A DNA stretch of 64,000 nucleotides from Longimicrobiales bacterium (GTDB lineage Bacteria > Gemmatimonadota > Gemmatimonadetes > Longimicrobiales > Gaopeijiaceae). Below the pieces are notes generated by a model. The model was not told the DNA's origin, did not search any database, and worked only from the letters and a program-made list of their open reading frames with translations. The translations under genes and the position numbers were made by a program. Below, in pieces: positions 1 through 9,170 of this stretch (within the stretch, counting starts at the first letter, position 1; each line of letters begins with the position of its first letter). The stretch is from NCBI GenBank assembly GCA_965248195.1, contig CBDFIQ010000002.1, positions 2,144,001 to 2,208,000 of the forward strand, given 5' to 3'.

Positions 1-116
1 AACGAAGGCCACCCGTGAGAAAGTACGTCGAGGGTCGAGGCACCACACCTCCTCCTCATCGGACGCCTCACCCATACCATCGAACGATCTACCGAGATCC
101 GGTGTATTCTGGGGCT

Positions 117-902
117 ATGCGTCTCTCGGCGACCTTGTACTCCCTACTTCTCGCTCCTCCGGGTGGATTCGGCCTCGCCGGATCGGGCGTCGCCGGATTG
201 GGTGTCATCGGATTGGGTGTCATCGGACTTGGCCTCCTCCCGCAAGCGGTCGCCGCCCAGGCGGTCGAGGTGGACCAAGGCACATTCATCGTCGAATTGG
301 GCGGACGGGCAGTCGGAACCGAGACCTTTCGAATTCGCCGGTCGGGGTTGGGTGACAACGCCCGGACCATCGCCCAAGGCACACTCGAAATCGTTCTAGA
401 CGGGTCGAGACAGACGATTCAGTCCGCGCTCGGAACCCTCGGGGTCGGGATGTCCCTCGACGCGTACGAGGTCAACGTTTCCCCTCCCTCTGAACTCTCG
501 ATTCGCCTGCAGCGCCGGGGAGCCCGAATAGTCTCGGCGATATCGTCCCAAGCCGGAGTCGAGGAGCGCGAGTATCGCCAGGCTCTGCCTCAAACGCCGA
601 CGGTGGTGTTGGATCGACTTTTCGCCCATCACTACTACTTCCTGGCACCCTATCAGAGTCCGGGGGACATCAGCCTTTCGGCCATTCTCCCTAGGCAGGG
701 AGGCCAGTCGAACGGAACGCTGCGCATGACGACCGTAGGGCCCATCACCGTGGGGGGAGCCACCATTTCGGCCCAACGCCTGGAGTTACGACTTGACGGG
801 GCCTTGCATGATATATGGTTGGACGGACAAAACCGGGTTTTGCGCGTTCAGATTCCCTCGCAGGACTACGTCGCGGTGCGCCGGGACCCACCACCGAGTT
901 AG
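117..902 (+). CDS. Exported hypothetical protein (signal peptide ending AVAA-Q; beta-rich, DUF3108-like)
   Basis: ORF 15..902; ATG at 117 gives MRLSATLYSLLL...QAVAAQ. Mature region has alternating beta-strand pattern (GTETFRIRR, IWLDGQNRVLRVQIP). Confidence 0.7.
   Translation: MRLSATLYSLLLAPPGGFGLAGSGVAGLGVIGLGVIGLGLLPQAVAAQAVEVDQGTFIVELGGRAVGTETFRIRRSGLGDNARTIAQGTLEIVLDGSRQTIQSALGTLGVGMSLDAYEVNVSPPSELSIRLQRRGARIVSAISSQAGVEEREYRQALPQTPTVVLDRLFAHHYYFLAPYQSPGDISLSAILPRQGGQSNGTLRMTTVGPITVGGATISAQRLELRLDGALHDIWLDGQNRVLRVQIPSQDYVAVRRDPPPS
165..239 (+). repeat. 5 x 15-bp degenerate tandem repeat (GGATTGGGTGTCATC-like) encoding GxGxx pentapeptides
   Basis: ggattcggcctcgcc / ggatcgggcgtcgcc / ggattgggtgtcatc / ggattgggtgtcatc / ggacttggcctcctc, read directly. 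Confidence 0.85.
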
Positions 903-1329
903 CCCCAACGTTGACTTGAGCAGAACCAGCTTCGCGTCCGCAAGGGAGCAGGGCTCCCCTAAAAACCACTCGAGACCCCTGCCCTGCCGCACAAAGGAGT
1001 TTCACGACTCTGCGATCGGCTCGATCTCGCAAGCCCTCGATTCCCTCACGGGAACGCAACGCAAGAAGCTCAATCGTGGCTTGAAAATCCTCCGCGATTC
1101 ATTCGCGGAAGCGCCGCCCGGGCGGGAAGGGAGGGCCCGCGGTCGGGCTCCCCGGCCAACGGGGATAGGCAAGAATGAGAACTCTCTACGCATCAGGGGT
1201 GTAGGGCCTGAAGGATCTCGGCAACCGATACGTAAGTGTGCCGGACGAGTATTTCACAGCGCCACCAACGGCGCCTGAAACCGGTAGAATTCTCTATGCG
1301 TAGGTCTGGATGATGATGCCGAATGGGAT

Positions 1330-2901
1330 GTGGGTCTTTACTGGGCGGGTGGCTCGCTCAGTGCGTGCGCCATCCAACTCAAACGGAGACTTCCCTTGTT
1401 GACTCGATCGCTCCAAAGCGGGGCGCTGGCTCTGGCGCTCTTCCTCCTTCCGCGAGGAACCGCCGCACAGGACTTCGTACCCGTCTCCCTCAGTTTGGAA
1501 GAAGCGATCGATATCGCCCGCCAGAACAATCCGGGTCTTCGGGCCATCCGCAACGATGAAGACCTCGCGAACTGGAACGTGAGGTCCGCGTACGGGGCTC
1601 TCTTTCCGGCGGCGTCGGTGAACGGTGGGGTCACCTGGCAGGGTGCGGGGGAACAGATCTTCGGGAGTTTGACCGCCGAGCAGCTCGGATTTGCGAACCA
1701 GCCCTCTTGGCTGTCTTCCAACTACAGCCTCCGGCTGGACTACCAGATCAACGGCAGGACGTTGATGGCCCCGGGACAGGCGAAGGCGGATCGCGCGGCG
1801 ACTCTGGCGCAGATGGCCGACGCGGAGGCGAATCTCGTTTTCCAGGTCACTCAGGGCTACATCGACGTTTTGCGGCAAACCGAACAGGTGCGGGTCTCCG
1901 AGCAGCAGCGGGAGCGGGCAGCCTTCAACCTTCGCCTTGCGGTGGCACAGCTAGCGGTGGGCAGCGCAACCGGCGTGGACGTCGCTCAGGCCGAAGTGGC
2001 AGTAGGCCGGGCCGAGGTCACGATCCTACAGACCACCAATGCCCTCGAGACCGCGCGGATAAGACTCCTGCAGCAGATGGGAGTCGACCTCGACGCGCCC
2101 TTCGTGCCCACTACGCCCTTTGCGCTCTCGGAGCCCCTTTGGGTTCGTGAAGAACTTTACCAGATGGGATTGGAAAATAACCCCAACCTCCGGTCTCTCC
2201 GCGCGAGTCGCTCGTCTAGCAGCTATGGGGTGAAAATGGCGAAAAGCACGTACCTTCCCTCGCTGAACCTGTTCGCGGGGACGAGCGGTTTTACCCGCCG
2301 GTCGTCGAATACCGCGGTCGACGTCCAGCAAGGGGAGTTTCAGGCCCAGAGCTCCATTCAGAATTGTCTTTTCTTCAACGATCTCTTTTCCCGGCTAGCG
2401 AACCCGCTTCCCTCTCAGGATTGCTCACAATTTCAGTTCACCGATGCGGACGCACGGCGCATAGAGGATCGAAATGCGGGTTTCCCGTTCAGCTTTACGG
2501 GCCAACCGCCGACGGCGGGTATTTCGATCAGCCTTCCCATCTTCCAGGGCCTCAGCCGACAACGCCAGGTCTCGGAGGCCCAGGTCCGCCTCGAGGACCT
2601 CGACCTCGGTCTGCGGGAACAGGAATTGGCGCTCCGAGCGGACATCGCCACGACGTTGGCCACGGTTCGGACGGCGTACCAGGCCGCCCTCATCGAAGAA
2701 CAGAACCAGACGTTGGCCGACGAACAACTCCGGCTTGCGAGGGAGCGCTTCACGGTCGGGCTCGCCGACTTTCTAGAGCTCCTCGAAGCGGAGACCCTGA
2801 AGGTCGAAGCCGATCGGGAGCAGATAGCGGCGATCTTCGCGTACCACGACTTCCTTGCAAATCTGGAGGCAGTGGTGGGAAACTCCCTCCGCACACCCTG
2901 A
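1330..2901 (+). CDS. TolC-family outer membrane efflux protein
   Basis: LSLEEAIDIARQNNP, AKSTYLPSLNL, ISISLPIFQG, ARERFTVG; first gene of an efflux operon. Confidence 0.92.
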   Translation: MGLYWAGGSLSACAIQLKRRLPLLTRSLQSGALALALFLLPRGTAAQDFVPVSLSLEEAIDIARQNNPGLRAIRNDEDLANWNVRSAYGALFPAASVNGGVTWQGAGEQIFGSLTAEQLGFANQPSWLSSNYSLRLDYQINGRTLMAPGQAKADRAATLAQMADAEANLVFQVTQGYIDVLRQTEQVRVSEQQRERAAFNLRLAVAQLAVGSATGVDVAQAEVAVGRAEVTILQTTNALETARIRLLQQMGVDLDAPFVPTTPFALSEPLWVREELYQMGLENNPNLRSLRASRSSSSYGVKMAKSTYLPSLNLFAGTSGFTRRSSNTAVDVQQGEFQAQSSIQNCLFFNDLFSRLANPLPSQDCSQFQFTDADARRIEDRNAGFPFSFTGQPPTAGISISLPIFQGLSRQRQVSEAQVRLEDLDLGLREQELALRADIATTLATVRTAYQAALIEEQNQTLADEQLRLARERFTVGLADFLELLEAETLKVEADREQIAAIFAYHDFLANLEAVVGNSLRTP

Positions 2902-2916
2902 GGCTTCGCACAATCC

Positions 2917-4218
2917 ATGGCCGCTGACCCTTCCATGAACGCTAGAAACAAAGTCTTGATCGCGATCGCGATCGTCGCCGTGATCGGTGGCGCCACGGCC
3001 TTCACCGTTAATCAGCGCCGCGACCGAGGCGTCCCCGTTCGCCTGGATGTCGTTACCCGCAGGGACCTCGTCGAAACCGTCACGGCCAGCGGCAACATTC
3101 GAGCCGGGCGAGTGGTCGAGATCAGCTCCGAAGTGTCGGCCCGGGTCACCGAATTGCTCGTCGACGAAGGGGACGACGTGGTGCTTGATCAGCTCTTGCT
3201 GCGGCTCGACCCGACCCAGTTCGAGGCCTCCGTGTCCCGGACTGAGGCATCGCTGAATCAGGCCCGCGCCGAGGTGCGCCAACAGGAAGCCAATCTGCAG
3301 CGTGCCACTAGGGATTTCGAACGGCTAAGAAACCTGTTCGCCCGTGATTCGCTGTTGATCGCGCGACAGCTACTCGATGACGCGGATACAGGGGTGGAGG
3401 TGGCCTCTCGCCAGTTGGAGTCGCTCCGTTTCCAGGTCGAGCAGGCGGTCGCCTCGCTCGATGAGGCGAATGAGCAGCTGAGCAAGACGTTTTTCAGGGC
3501 TCAAATCGCCGGAAAAGTGACCCGTCTCAACGTGGAAGTGGGAGAGACAGTCATCGTCGGCACCATGAACAACCCCGGCAGCCTGGTTCTGACGATCAGT
3601 GAGCTCTCACGGGTCGAAGCGGTCCTTGAGGTGGACGAGACGGACATTCCGTATATCGCCTTTGGCGACAGTACGGTCCTGGAGTTGGACGCTTTTCCGA
3701 ACCGGCTCTTCGGCGGCTTCGTGACGGAGATCGGCAACAGCGCCATCAGACCTCCGGAGTCCTCGGCCGCAAGTGGCCAGGCGGCCGCGATCGACTTCGA
3801 GGTAGTGATCACGATGCACGATCCTCCCGGAGGCATCCGCCCGGATCTGTCGGCCACGGCCGACATCATCACGGCGAGGAGACAGAACTCCCTTTCCGTG
3901 CCGATCATCGCGCTCACGGTTCGTCCCGAGGAGGAGGACGACGCCGCGCCGATCGGAGAGAGCGAAGACGATGAGCGCACACGAGGTCCGCTGTCTCGCC
4001 CGGACATGGAGGACGTAGAAGGCGTGTTCGTCGTAGAGGACGGCCAGGTCAGATTCGCCCCGGTTGAGATCGGGATTACCGGCCAAGAGCATTTCGAGGT
4101 GCTCACGGGTGTCAAGCAAGGGGACACGATCGTGGCCGGTCCCTACCAGCAGATTCGTAACCTCAACAACGGAGACCGTGTGCAGGAGCAGGATGACAGC
4201 AATGGGTCGTCCGGCTAA
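2917..4218 (+). CDS. Efflux periplasmic adaptor (MacA/HlyD-like membrane fusion protein)
   Basis: N-terminal TM, VTASGNI, ISSEVSARVTELLVDEGD lipoyl half-motif, coiled coil, EVDETDI. Confidence 0.92.
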   Translation: MAADPSMNARNKVLIAIAIVAVIGGATAFTVNQRRDRGVPVRLDVVTRRDLVETVTASGNIRAGRVVEISSEVSARVTELLVDEGDDVVLDQLLLRLDPTQFEASVSRTEASLNQARAEVRQQEANLQRATRDFERLRNLFARDSLLIARQLLDDADTGVEVASRQLESLRFQVEQAVASLDEANEQLSKTFFRAQIAGKVTRLNVEVGETVIVGTMNNPGSLVLTISELSRVEAVLEVDETDIPYIAFGDSTVLELDAFPNRLFGGFVTEIGNSAIRPPESSAASGQAAAIDFEVVITMHDPPGGIRPDLSATADIITARRQNSLSVPIIALTVRPEEEDDAAPIGESEDDERTRGPLSRPDMEDVEGVFVVEDGQVRFAPVEIGITGQEHFEVLTGVKQGDTIVAGPYQQIRNLNNGDRVQEQDDSNGSSG

Positions 4219-4247
4219 CGGCGCGCACGGATCCGAGCGGAGATTTC

Positions 4248-5486
4248 ATGCAGTTCGCCGAGGGAATTCGGCTTGCCCTCCAGCAAATCTGGACTGAGAA
4301 GCTGAAGAGTTTCTTCAGTCTGCTCGGTGTTATCGTCGGGGTCATGTTCCTCATCGTGGTAGTGAGCATCGTCGAGGGGCTGGATCGCTACATCCGCGAA
4401 GACCTCGCCTCCGTGGTGTTCGGCGTGAATACCGTCACACTGCGTAGATGGTCGGACGGGCCGGACTTCGGAGGCTCCGGTGGGCGTGCCCGGCAACGCC
4501 GTCCTCGGATTACCTACGAAGATTGGGAAGCCGTGAGGGAGCAAATCACCATCCCGGCCAGGGTGGGCGCGGAGAGCGATACGGGTGGGGAGATCGTAGC
4601 CGACAACGGTCAGTCGGTCGAGAATGTTCGGATTCACGCCGTCTCGCCCGAGATCATGGCGATTCGCGACTGGTCCGTCGAAAAGGGGCGCGTGTTTTCT
4701 CCTCAGGAGGCCGAGCGTGGCACCGCAGTCGTCGTGCTCGGCACCGAGACCGCGAGCCTTCTCTTCGAGAATCGCGATCCCATCGGCCGCCGTGTACGCA
4801 TCCGCGGATTCCCGTATCGCGTGGTTGGCGTCCTCGAGGAGCAAGGCAGCATGTTTGGGCAATCACTCGACAATCAGGCCATCGCTCCAGCCCGGTCGCC
4901 GATTCAAGCGGTGACGAACCCGTGCGGTATCGTGGACCAGGTGGTGGCGCAGTCTCAGGATCCGGGCGACCTGCGGGCCCTCCAGAGTGAGATCGTGGGC
5001 ATCATGCGGACGCAGAGGCGTCTTCGCCCAGCCCAGGACAACAATTTCTCGGTCGAGACGGCCGAGGAAACCCTGAGCTTTTGGGACAATATCTCCAGGA
5101 TCCTTTTCATCGCGCTTCCGGGGTTGGTCGCGATATCACTGGTCGTGGGCGGCGTGGTCATCATGAACATCATGCTCGTGTCGGTGATGCAGCGAACGCG
5201 TGAAATCGGGGTGCGGAAGGCGATCGGCGCCCGCCGGAGAGACATTCTCAGTCAGATCCTGATCGAGAGCGTCACGCTTTCCGGGGTCGGGGCGGCGGTG
5301 GGAGTGGGGGTCGGGATCGGACTCACCTTTTTGGTGAGGACGTTTTCCCCTCTTCCAGCAGCCGTTGATATCAAGTGGATCGCTCTCGGTGTGTCTCTGG
5401 GCGTAATCGTGGGTGTGGTTTCCGGCGTGTACCCCGCCGTCCGGGCCTCCAAGCTCGCCCCCGTCGACGCCCTGAGGTACGAGTGA
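4248..5486 (+). CDS. MacB/FtsX-like ABC transporter permease 1
   Basis: KLKSFFSLLGVIVGV, IMNIMLVSVMQRTREIGVRKAIGARRRDI, ends PVDALRYE. Confidence 0.93.
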   Translation: MQFAEGIRLALQQIWTEKLKSFFSLLGVIVGVMFLIVVVSIVEGLDRYIREDLASVVFGVNTVTLRRWSDGPDFGGSGGRARQRRPRITYEDWEAVREQITIPARVGAESDTGGEIVADNGQSVENVRIHAVSPEIMAIRDWSVEKGRVFSPQEAERGTAVVVLGTETASLLFENRDPIGRRVRIRGFPYRVVGVLEEQGSMFGQSLDNQAIAPARSPIQAVTNPCGIVDQVVAQSQDPGDLRALQSEIVGIMRTQRRLRPAQDNNFSVETAEETLSFWDNISRILFIALPGLVAISLVVGGVVIMNIMLVSVMQRTREIGVRKAIGARRRDILSQILIESVTLSGVGAAVGVGVGIGLTFLVRTFSPLPAAVDIKWIALGVSLGVIVGVVSGVYPAVRASKLAPVDALRYE

Positions 5487-5487
5487 G

Positions 5488-6747
5488 ATGAACCGCCTCG
5501 ACACGCTCGGCGAGGGCGTCAGCATCGCCCTCGACTCGATCCAGGCCAACAAGGTTCGCTCCGGCCTGACGATTCTCGGCGTCGCGATCGGTGTGGGTGT
5601 GGTGGTCATGGTCGCGGCGCTCATAACTGGAATTCGAACGTCGGTCATGGCGGGCTTCGAGTCGGCAGGTCCGGACAATTTCGGCGTCATGCGCTTCGAT
5701 TTCTCAGCGGTCCGCGTCTCGTTCGGAAGCCGTCGTCCGCCTTGGTGGAACAAGCCGGCCATCGAGCCCGAGGAGGCCGAGCGTATAGCTCGTCTCCCTG
5801 CGGTCCAAGATGCGCTGTACAACTTCAGCTTCAATACGACCATGGCGGTGGATGCACGCCGGGTGAATGGGGTGCAGTCCTCCGGATATTCATCCGGCTG
5901 GCCGGCCTACCAGCCCGGCACCTTCGATTCGGGCCGCGACTTCACACCCCAAGAGGTCGCCCAATCCCGTCCCCTGGTCGTGATCTCACTCGCACTCGCC
6001 GAAGAGCTCTTTGGAGGGCTTGATCCGGTCGGGAGGAAGATTCGTGTCACCGCGGGCCGCCGAGCCGTGAGTGAGGCTTTCACGGTGGTGGGCGTGTTCG
6101 AACCGGAGGAGAACGTCTTCTCAGCCGCGGTACCGCATTGGGCCGTTTTTCCATTCACGTCAGCCATGAAAAGGCTCAAAGCCTCGACTTTTCAAGCCAA
6201 TATCTGGATCGTGCCGAGGCCGTCCTTCTCTCCCGCGGAAGCGATCGACCAAGTGATCGGCTCTATGCGCTCTATGCGCGGCCTGCGCCCGAGAGATGAG
6301 AACAATTTCGCCATCGTGCGGTCAGATCAGCTTTTCGAGATGTTCAACACCTTCATCGGAGTATTCTTCTTGATCATGCTCGCTCTCTCCTCCGTGGGTC
6401 TCCTGGTGGGCGGAATCGGCGTCATCGGTATCATGATGATTTCCGTGACCGAGCGTACGAGGGAAATCGGCATTCGAAAGGCCGTGGGAGCCACCCGCCA
6501 GGAGATCATGTGGCAATTCCTGGTCGAGTCGGCAGTGCTCACACTCTTGGGGGGTGTGGCCGGTCTGGCTCTCGGCGCCGGACTTGCCGAGGCCGTCGCC
6601 GCCTACACACCGATCCCCGCCTCTATCCCATTGTGGGCGATCTTCACGGCGATGGCGATGGCGATCGTTACCGGCATACTCTTCGGCATCGCCCCGGCTT
6701 ATCGAGCCTCCCGTTTGGACCCCATCAGCGCTCTCCGTCACGAGTAG
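5488..6747 (+). CDS. MacB/FtsX-like ABC transporter permease 2
   Basis: NKVRSGLTILGVAIGV, SVTERTREIGIRKAVGA, ends DPISALRHE. Confidence 0.93.
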   Translation: MNRLDTLGEGVSIALDSIQANKVRSGLTILGVAIGVGVVVMVAALITGIRTSVMAGFESAGPDNFGVMRFDFSAVRVSFGSRRPPWWNKPAIEPEEAERIARLPAVQDALYNFSFNTTMAVDARRVNGVQSSGYSSGWPAYQPGTFDSGRDFTPQEVAQSRPLVVISLALAEELFGGLDPVGRKIRVTAGRRAVSEAFTVVGVFEPEENVFSAAVPHWAVFPFTSAMKRLKASTFQANIWIVPRPSFSPAEAIDQVIGSMRSMRGLRPRDENNFAIVRSDQLFEMFNTFIGVFFLIMLALSSVGLLVGGIGVIGIMMISVTERTREIGIRKAVGATRQEIMWQFLVESAVLTLLGGVAGLALGAGLAEAVAAYTPIPASIPLWAIFTAMAMAIVTGILFGIAPAYRASRLDPISALRHE

Positions 6748-6774
6748 GCACCCCACCGAATTCAGGTAACACCG

Positions 6775-7500
6775 ATGACCGAACCCCTCGATCTCCTCGC
6801 GATCATGGCCCACCCCGACGATGCCGAACTCTTATGCGGCGGCTCTCTCTCGAAAACAGCCGCGCAGGGCAACCGGGTGGGGGTTCTCGACCTCACACGG
6901 GGCGAAGCCGCGAGTTTCGGGTCGGTGGAGACCCGCGCGGAGGAGGCGGCTCGCTCCGCCGAAGTCTTGGGTCTTGCTATTCGTAGGAACGCGGGGCTTC
7001 GCGATTCAGGCCTGATCAACGATGACGCGTCGCGAAGCGTCGTAGTGGGATTGATCCGAGAGCTGAGGCCAAGGGTGATCGTTACCCATTGGCTCGAGGG
7101 CCGGCATCCGGATCACCGGGTCGCCGCCCAACTTGCCTATGACGCCTCCTTCCTTTCCTCGCTCAAGAAATACGATGCGCCCGGAGACGCCCACCGGCCC
7201 GACAAGGTCGTGCACTGTCTGCTCTTCCGTGAGGACGCGCCAGGGCCGTCCTTCGTCGTGGATATCACCGAGCACGTCGAGACGAAAATGGCGGCGTTGG
7301 CTTGTTTCGAGTCCCAGTTCTCCGGAAAAGCGTCTGCGGGTGAGGTGTTCGGTGGGGGCGATCGGCCTGTCGCAGACCAGATCCGTGCCCAGTGCGCCCA
7401 ACACGGCTCGCGGATTCGTTGCGCCTACGGAGAACCCTTCTGGACACGGGAGACCGTCGCGCTGGGGTCACTCGTGAGTGACCGAGTCTCGACGTTCTGA
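6775..7500 (+). CDS. bshB1: Bacillithiol biosynthesis deacetylase BshB1 (PIG-L family)
   Basis: AHPDDAEL and RHPDH motifs; DLTRGE...GSVETRAEEA; FVVDITE; YGEPF. Confidence 0.85.
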   Translation: MTEPLDLLAIMAHPDDAELLCGGSLSKTAAQGNRVGVLDLTRGEAASFGSVETRAEEAARSAEVLGLAIRRNAGLRDSGLINDDASRSVVVGLIRELRPRVIVTHWLEGRHPDHRVAAQLAYDASFLSSLKKYDAPGDAHRPDKVVHCLLFREDAPGPSFVVDITEHVETKMAALACFESQFSGKASAGEVFGGGDRPVADQIRAQCAQHGSRIRCAYGEPFWTRETVALGSLVSDRVSTF

Positions 7501-7534
7501 CGCCAGCCCCACCGACCCCAGCCCGAACAGTACC

Positions 7535-7873
7535 TTAGAGCGAACAGGACACCTCGAGAAGTAGTCTACGCCAACTTGGGACATCCGACCCGTGGATCTT
7601 CAGAGCCTTGGCCCTGGCTCCGCCGCCATCGGAGAGCCACGGGCCCAGCCACGCACTGATCTCCGGAGGGAGGTGGCCAAGGAGGTCTCCGCCCGGCCGG
7701 TGCACCCACACCTTTGGCGTTTCCTGATCCGGAGGATCGGGGATCAAATAGAGCGAGTCGCCCGCCTCGAGTGCCTCCAGATGGCGATCCCGGTCGGCGA
7801 AAGCGATGCCGTGGACCGTAGCACGGAAGTGCGGAGGGTGCCCATCCGGAAAGGGCGGACGATCGCTGCTCAT
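7535..7873 (-). CDS. Stand-alone HIRAN-domain protein
   Basis: ATG at 7873. ATVHGIAFADR, LEAGDSLYLIPDP, VWVH...LLGHLPPEISAWLGP match the HIRAN pattern. The longer ORF start overlaps iscS. Confidence 0.7.
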   Translation of the reverse strand: MSSDRPPFPDGHPPHFRATVHGIAFADRDRHLEALEAGDSLYLIPDPPDQETPKVWVHRPGGDLLGHLPPEISAWLGPWLSDGGGARAKALKIHGSDVPSWRRLLLEVSCSL

Positions 7874-7993
7874 ACTGGATTCAACGTTCGGATCACGGTT
7901 CACTGCCCTAGGCTCATTCGGTATGTTGTCCAACATAGGAGAGGCCTCGGCTAAGAGAAATACCAGGCCCGATTCGTACACCACGAGGAGCCC

Positions 7994-9151
7994 ATGCCGT
8001 CGATTTACCTCGATCACGCGGCAACGACACCGATTCGCTCCGAGGTGCGTGACGAGATGATCGCCATTCTCGATGGCGATTTCGGCAATCCCTCCAGTGC
8101 GCATGGTTGGGGGCGCCGCGCGGCTGCGCGCCTGGAGGAGGCGCGCGAACGGGTGGCCGGGGCCATTGGAGCCGACCGAAATGAGGTCTACTTCGTGCGC
8201 GGAGGAACGGAGTCGGACAACATGGCTATCCTCGGCCACGCCGACGCCATGCGCCGTCGAGGAGACCCGCCCTTCGCCGTCGTCTCAGCTGTGGAGCACA
8301 AAGCTGTGATGAGCGCCGCCGCCGAGGTAGGAGAACGGGGCGGGCGATGGAGCACGGTTCCAGTCTACCCCGACGGCACACTCGATCTGGATGCGCTCGA
8401 CACGGCACTGGCCGACGGAGCGTCGATCGTGTCCGTGATGACCGTGAACAACGAGGTCGGCATTCACCTGCCGATCGAGGCCGTGATGGAACGGACACGC
8501 GCCCATGGGGCCGTTTTTCATACCGATGCCGTCCAGGCCCTCGGAAAGGTTCCGGTCACCGTCGAGGACCTTCCAATCGACCTCCTCTCCCTTACGGGCC
8601 ACAAGATCTACGGCGCGAAAGGCACGGGCGTGCTGTTCGTCCGGCGAGGTGTGGACCTCACACCGCTGATCTTTGGTGGAGGGCAGGAAAGGGCGTTACG
8701 CCCCGGCACGGAGGACGTCGCGGGGGCCGTTGGGATGTCTATTGCGGTGGATTTGGCGGTGCAGGAACAGGAGTCCGAGGCCGATCGGATCCGCGGCCTC
8801 CGCGACCTGCTCCAGTCCCGGCTGGAGAGCGGCATTGCCGGCCTCCGGGTCCATGGAAACGTGCCCAACCGTGCGCCGCATATCCTCAACGTGGGTATTC
8901 CGAACGTGGATCCCGAGGCGCTCCTCGCCGGTCTCGATCTCGAAGGGATCGCCGCTTCCGCCGGATCGGCCTGCGACAGCGGAGCTCAGACGGCAAGCCA
9001 CGTTCTCGAGGCGTTGTACGGCCGGTTGGAGGGGGTCGCAGCTCTTCGGTTCAGTCCCGGACACACCACCACCGAGGACGATGTGATTCACGCGGCCGAG
9101 GCGACCTTGAGGGTATTGGAACTGATTGGGAGTGTCGAGGCGCGAGCCTGA
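7994..9151 (+). CDS. iscS: Cysteine desulfurase (IscS/NifS group I)
   Basis: IYLDHAATTP, GNPSS, HTDAVQ, TGHKIYG (PLP Lys), GSAC catalytic Cys; SD GAGGAG upstream. Confidence 0.93.
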   Translation: MPSIYLDHAATTPIRSEVRDEMIAILDGDFGNPSSAHGWGRRAAARLEEARERVAGAIGADRNEVYFVRGGTESDNMAILGHADAMRRRGDPPFAVVSAVEHKAVMSAAAEVGERGGRWSTVPVYPDGTLDLDALDTALADGASIVSVMTVNNEVGIHLPIEAVMERTRAHGAVFHTDAVQALGKVPVTVEDLPIDLLSLTGHKIYGAKGTGVLFVRRGVDLTPLIFGGGQERALRPGTEDVAGAVGMSIAVDLAVQEQESEADRIRGLRDLLQSRLESGIAGLRVHGNVPNRAPHILNVGIPNVDPEALLAGLDLEGIAASAGSACDSGAQTASHVLEALYGRLEGVAALRFSPGHTTTEDDVIHAAEATLRVLELIGSVEARA

Positions 9152-9170
9152 TGAACCCGACGAGAGAGCC

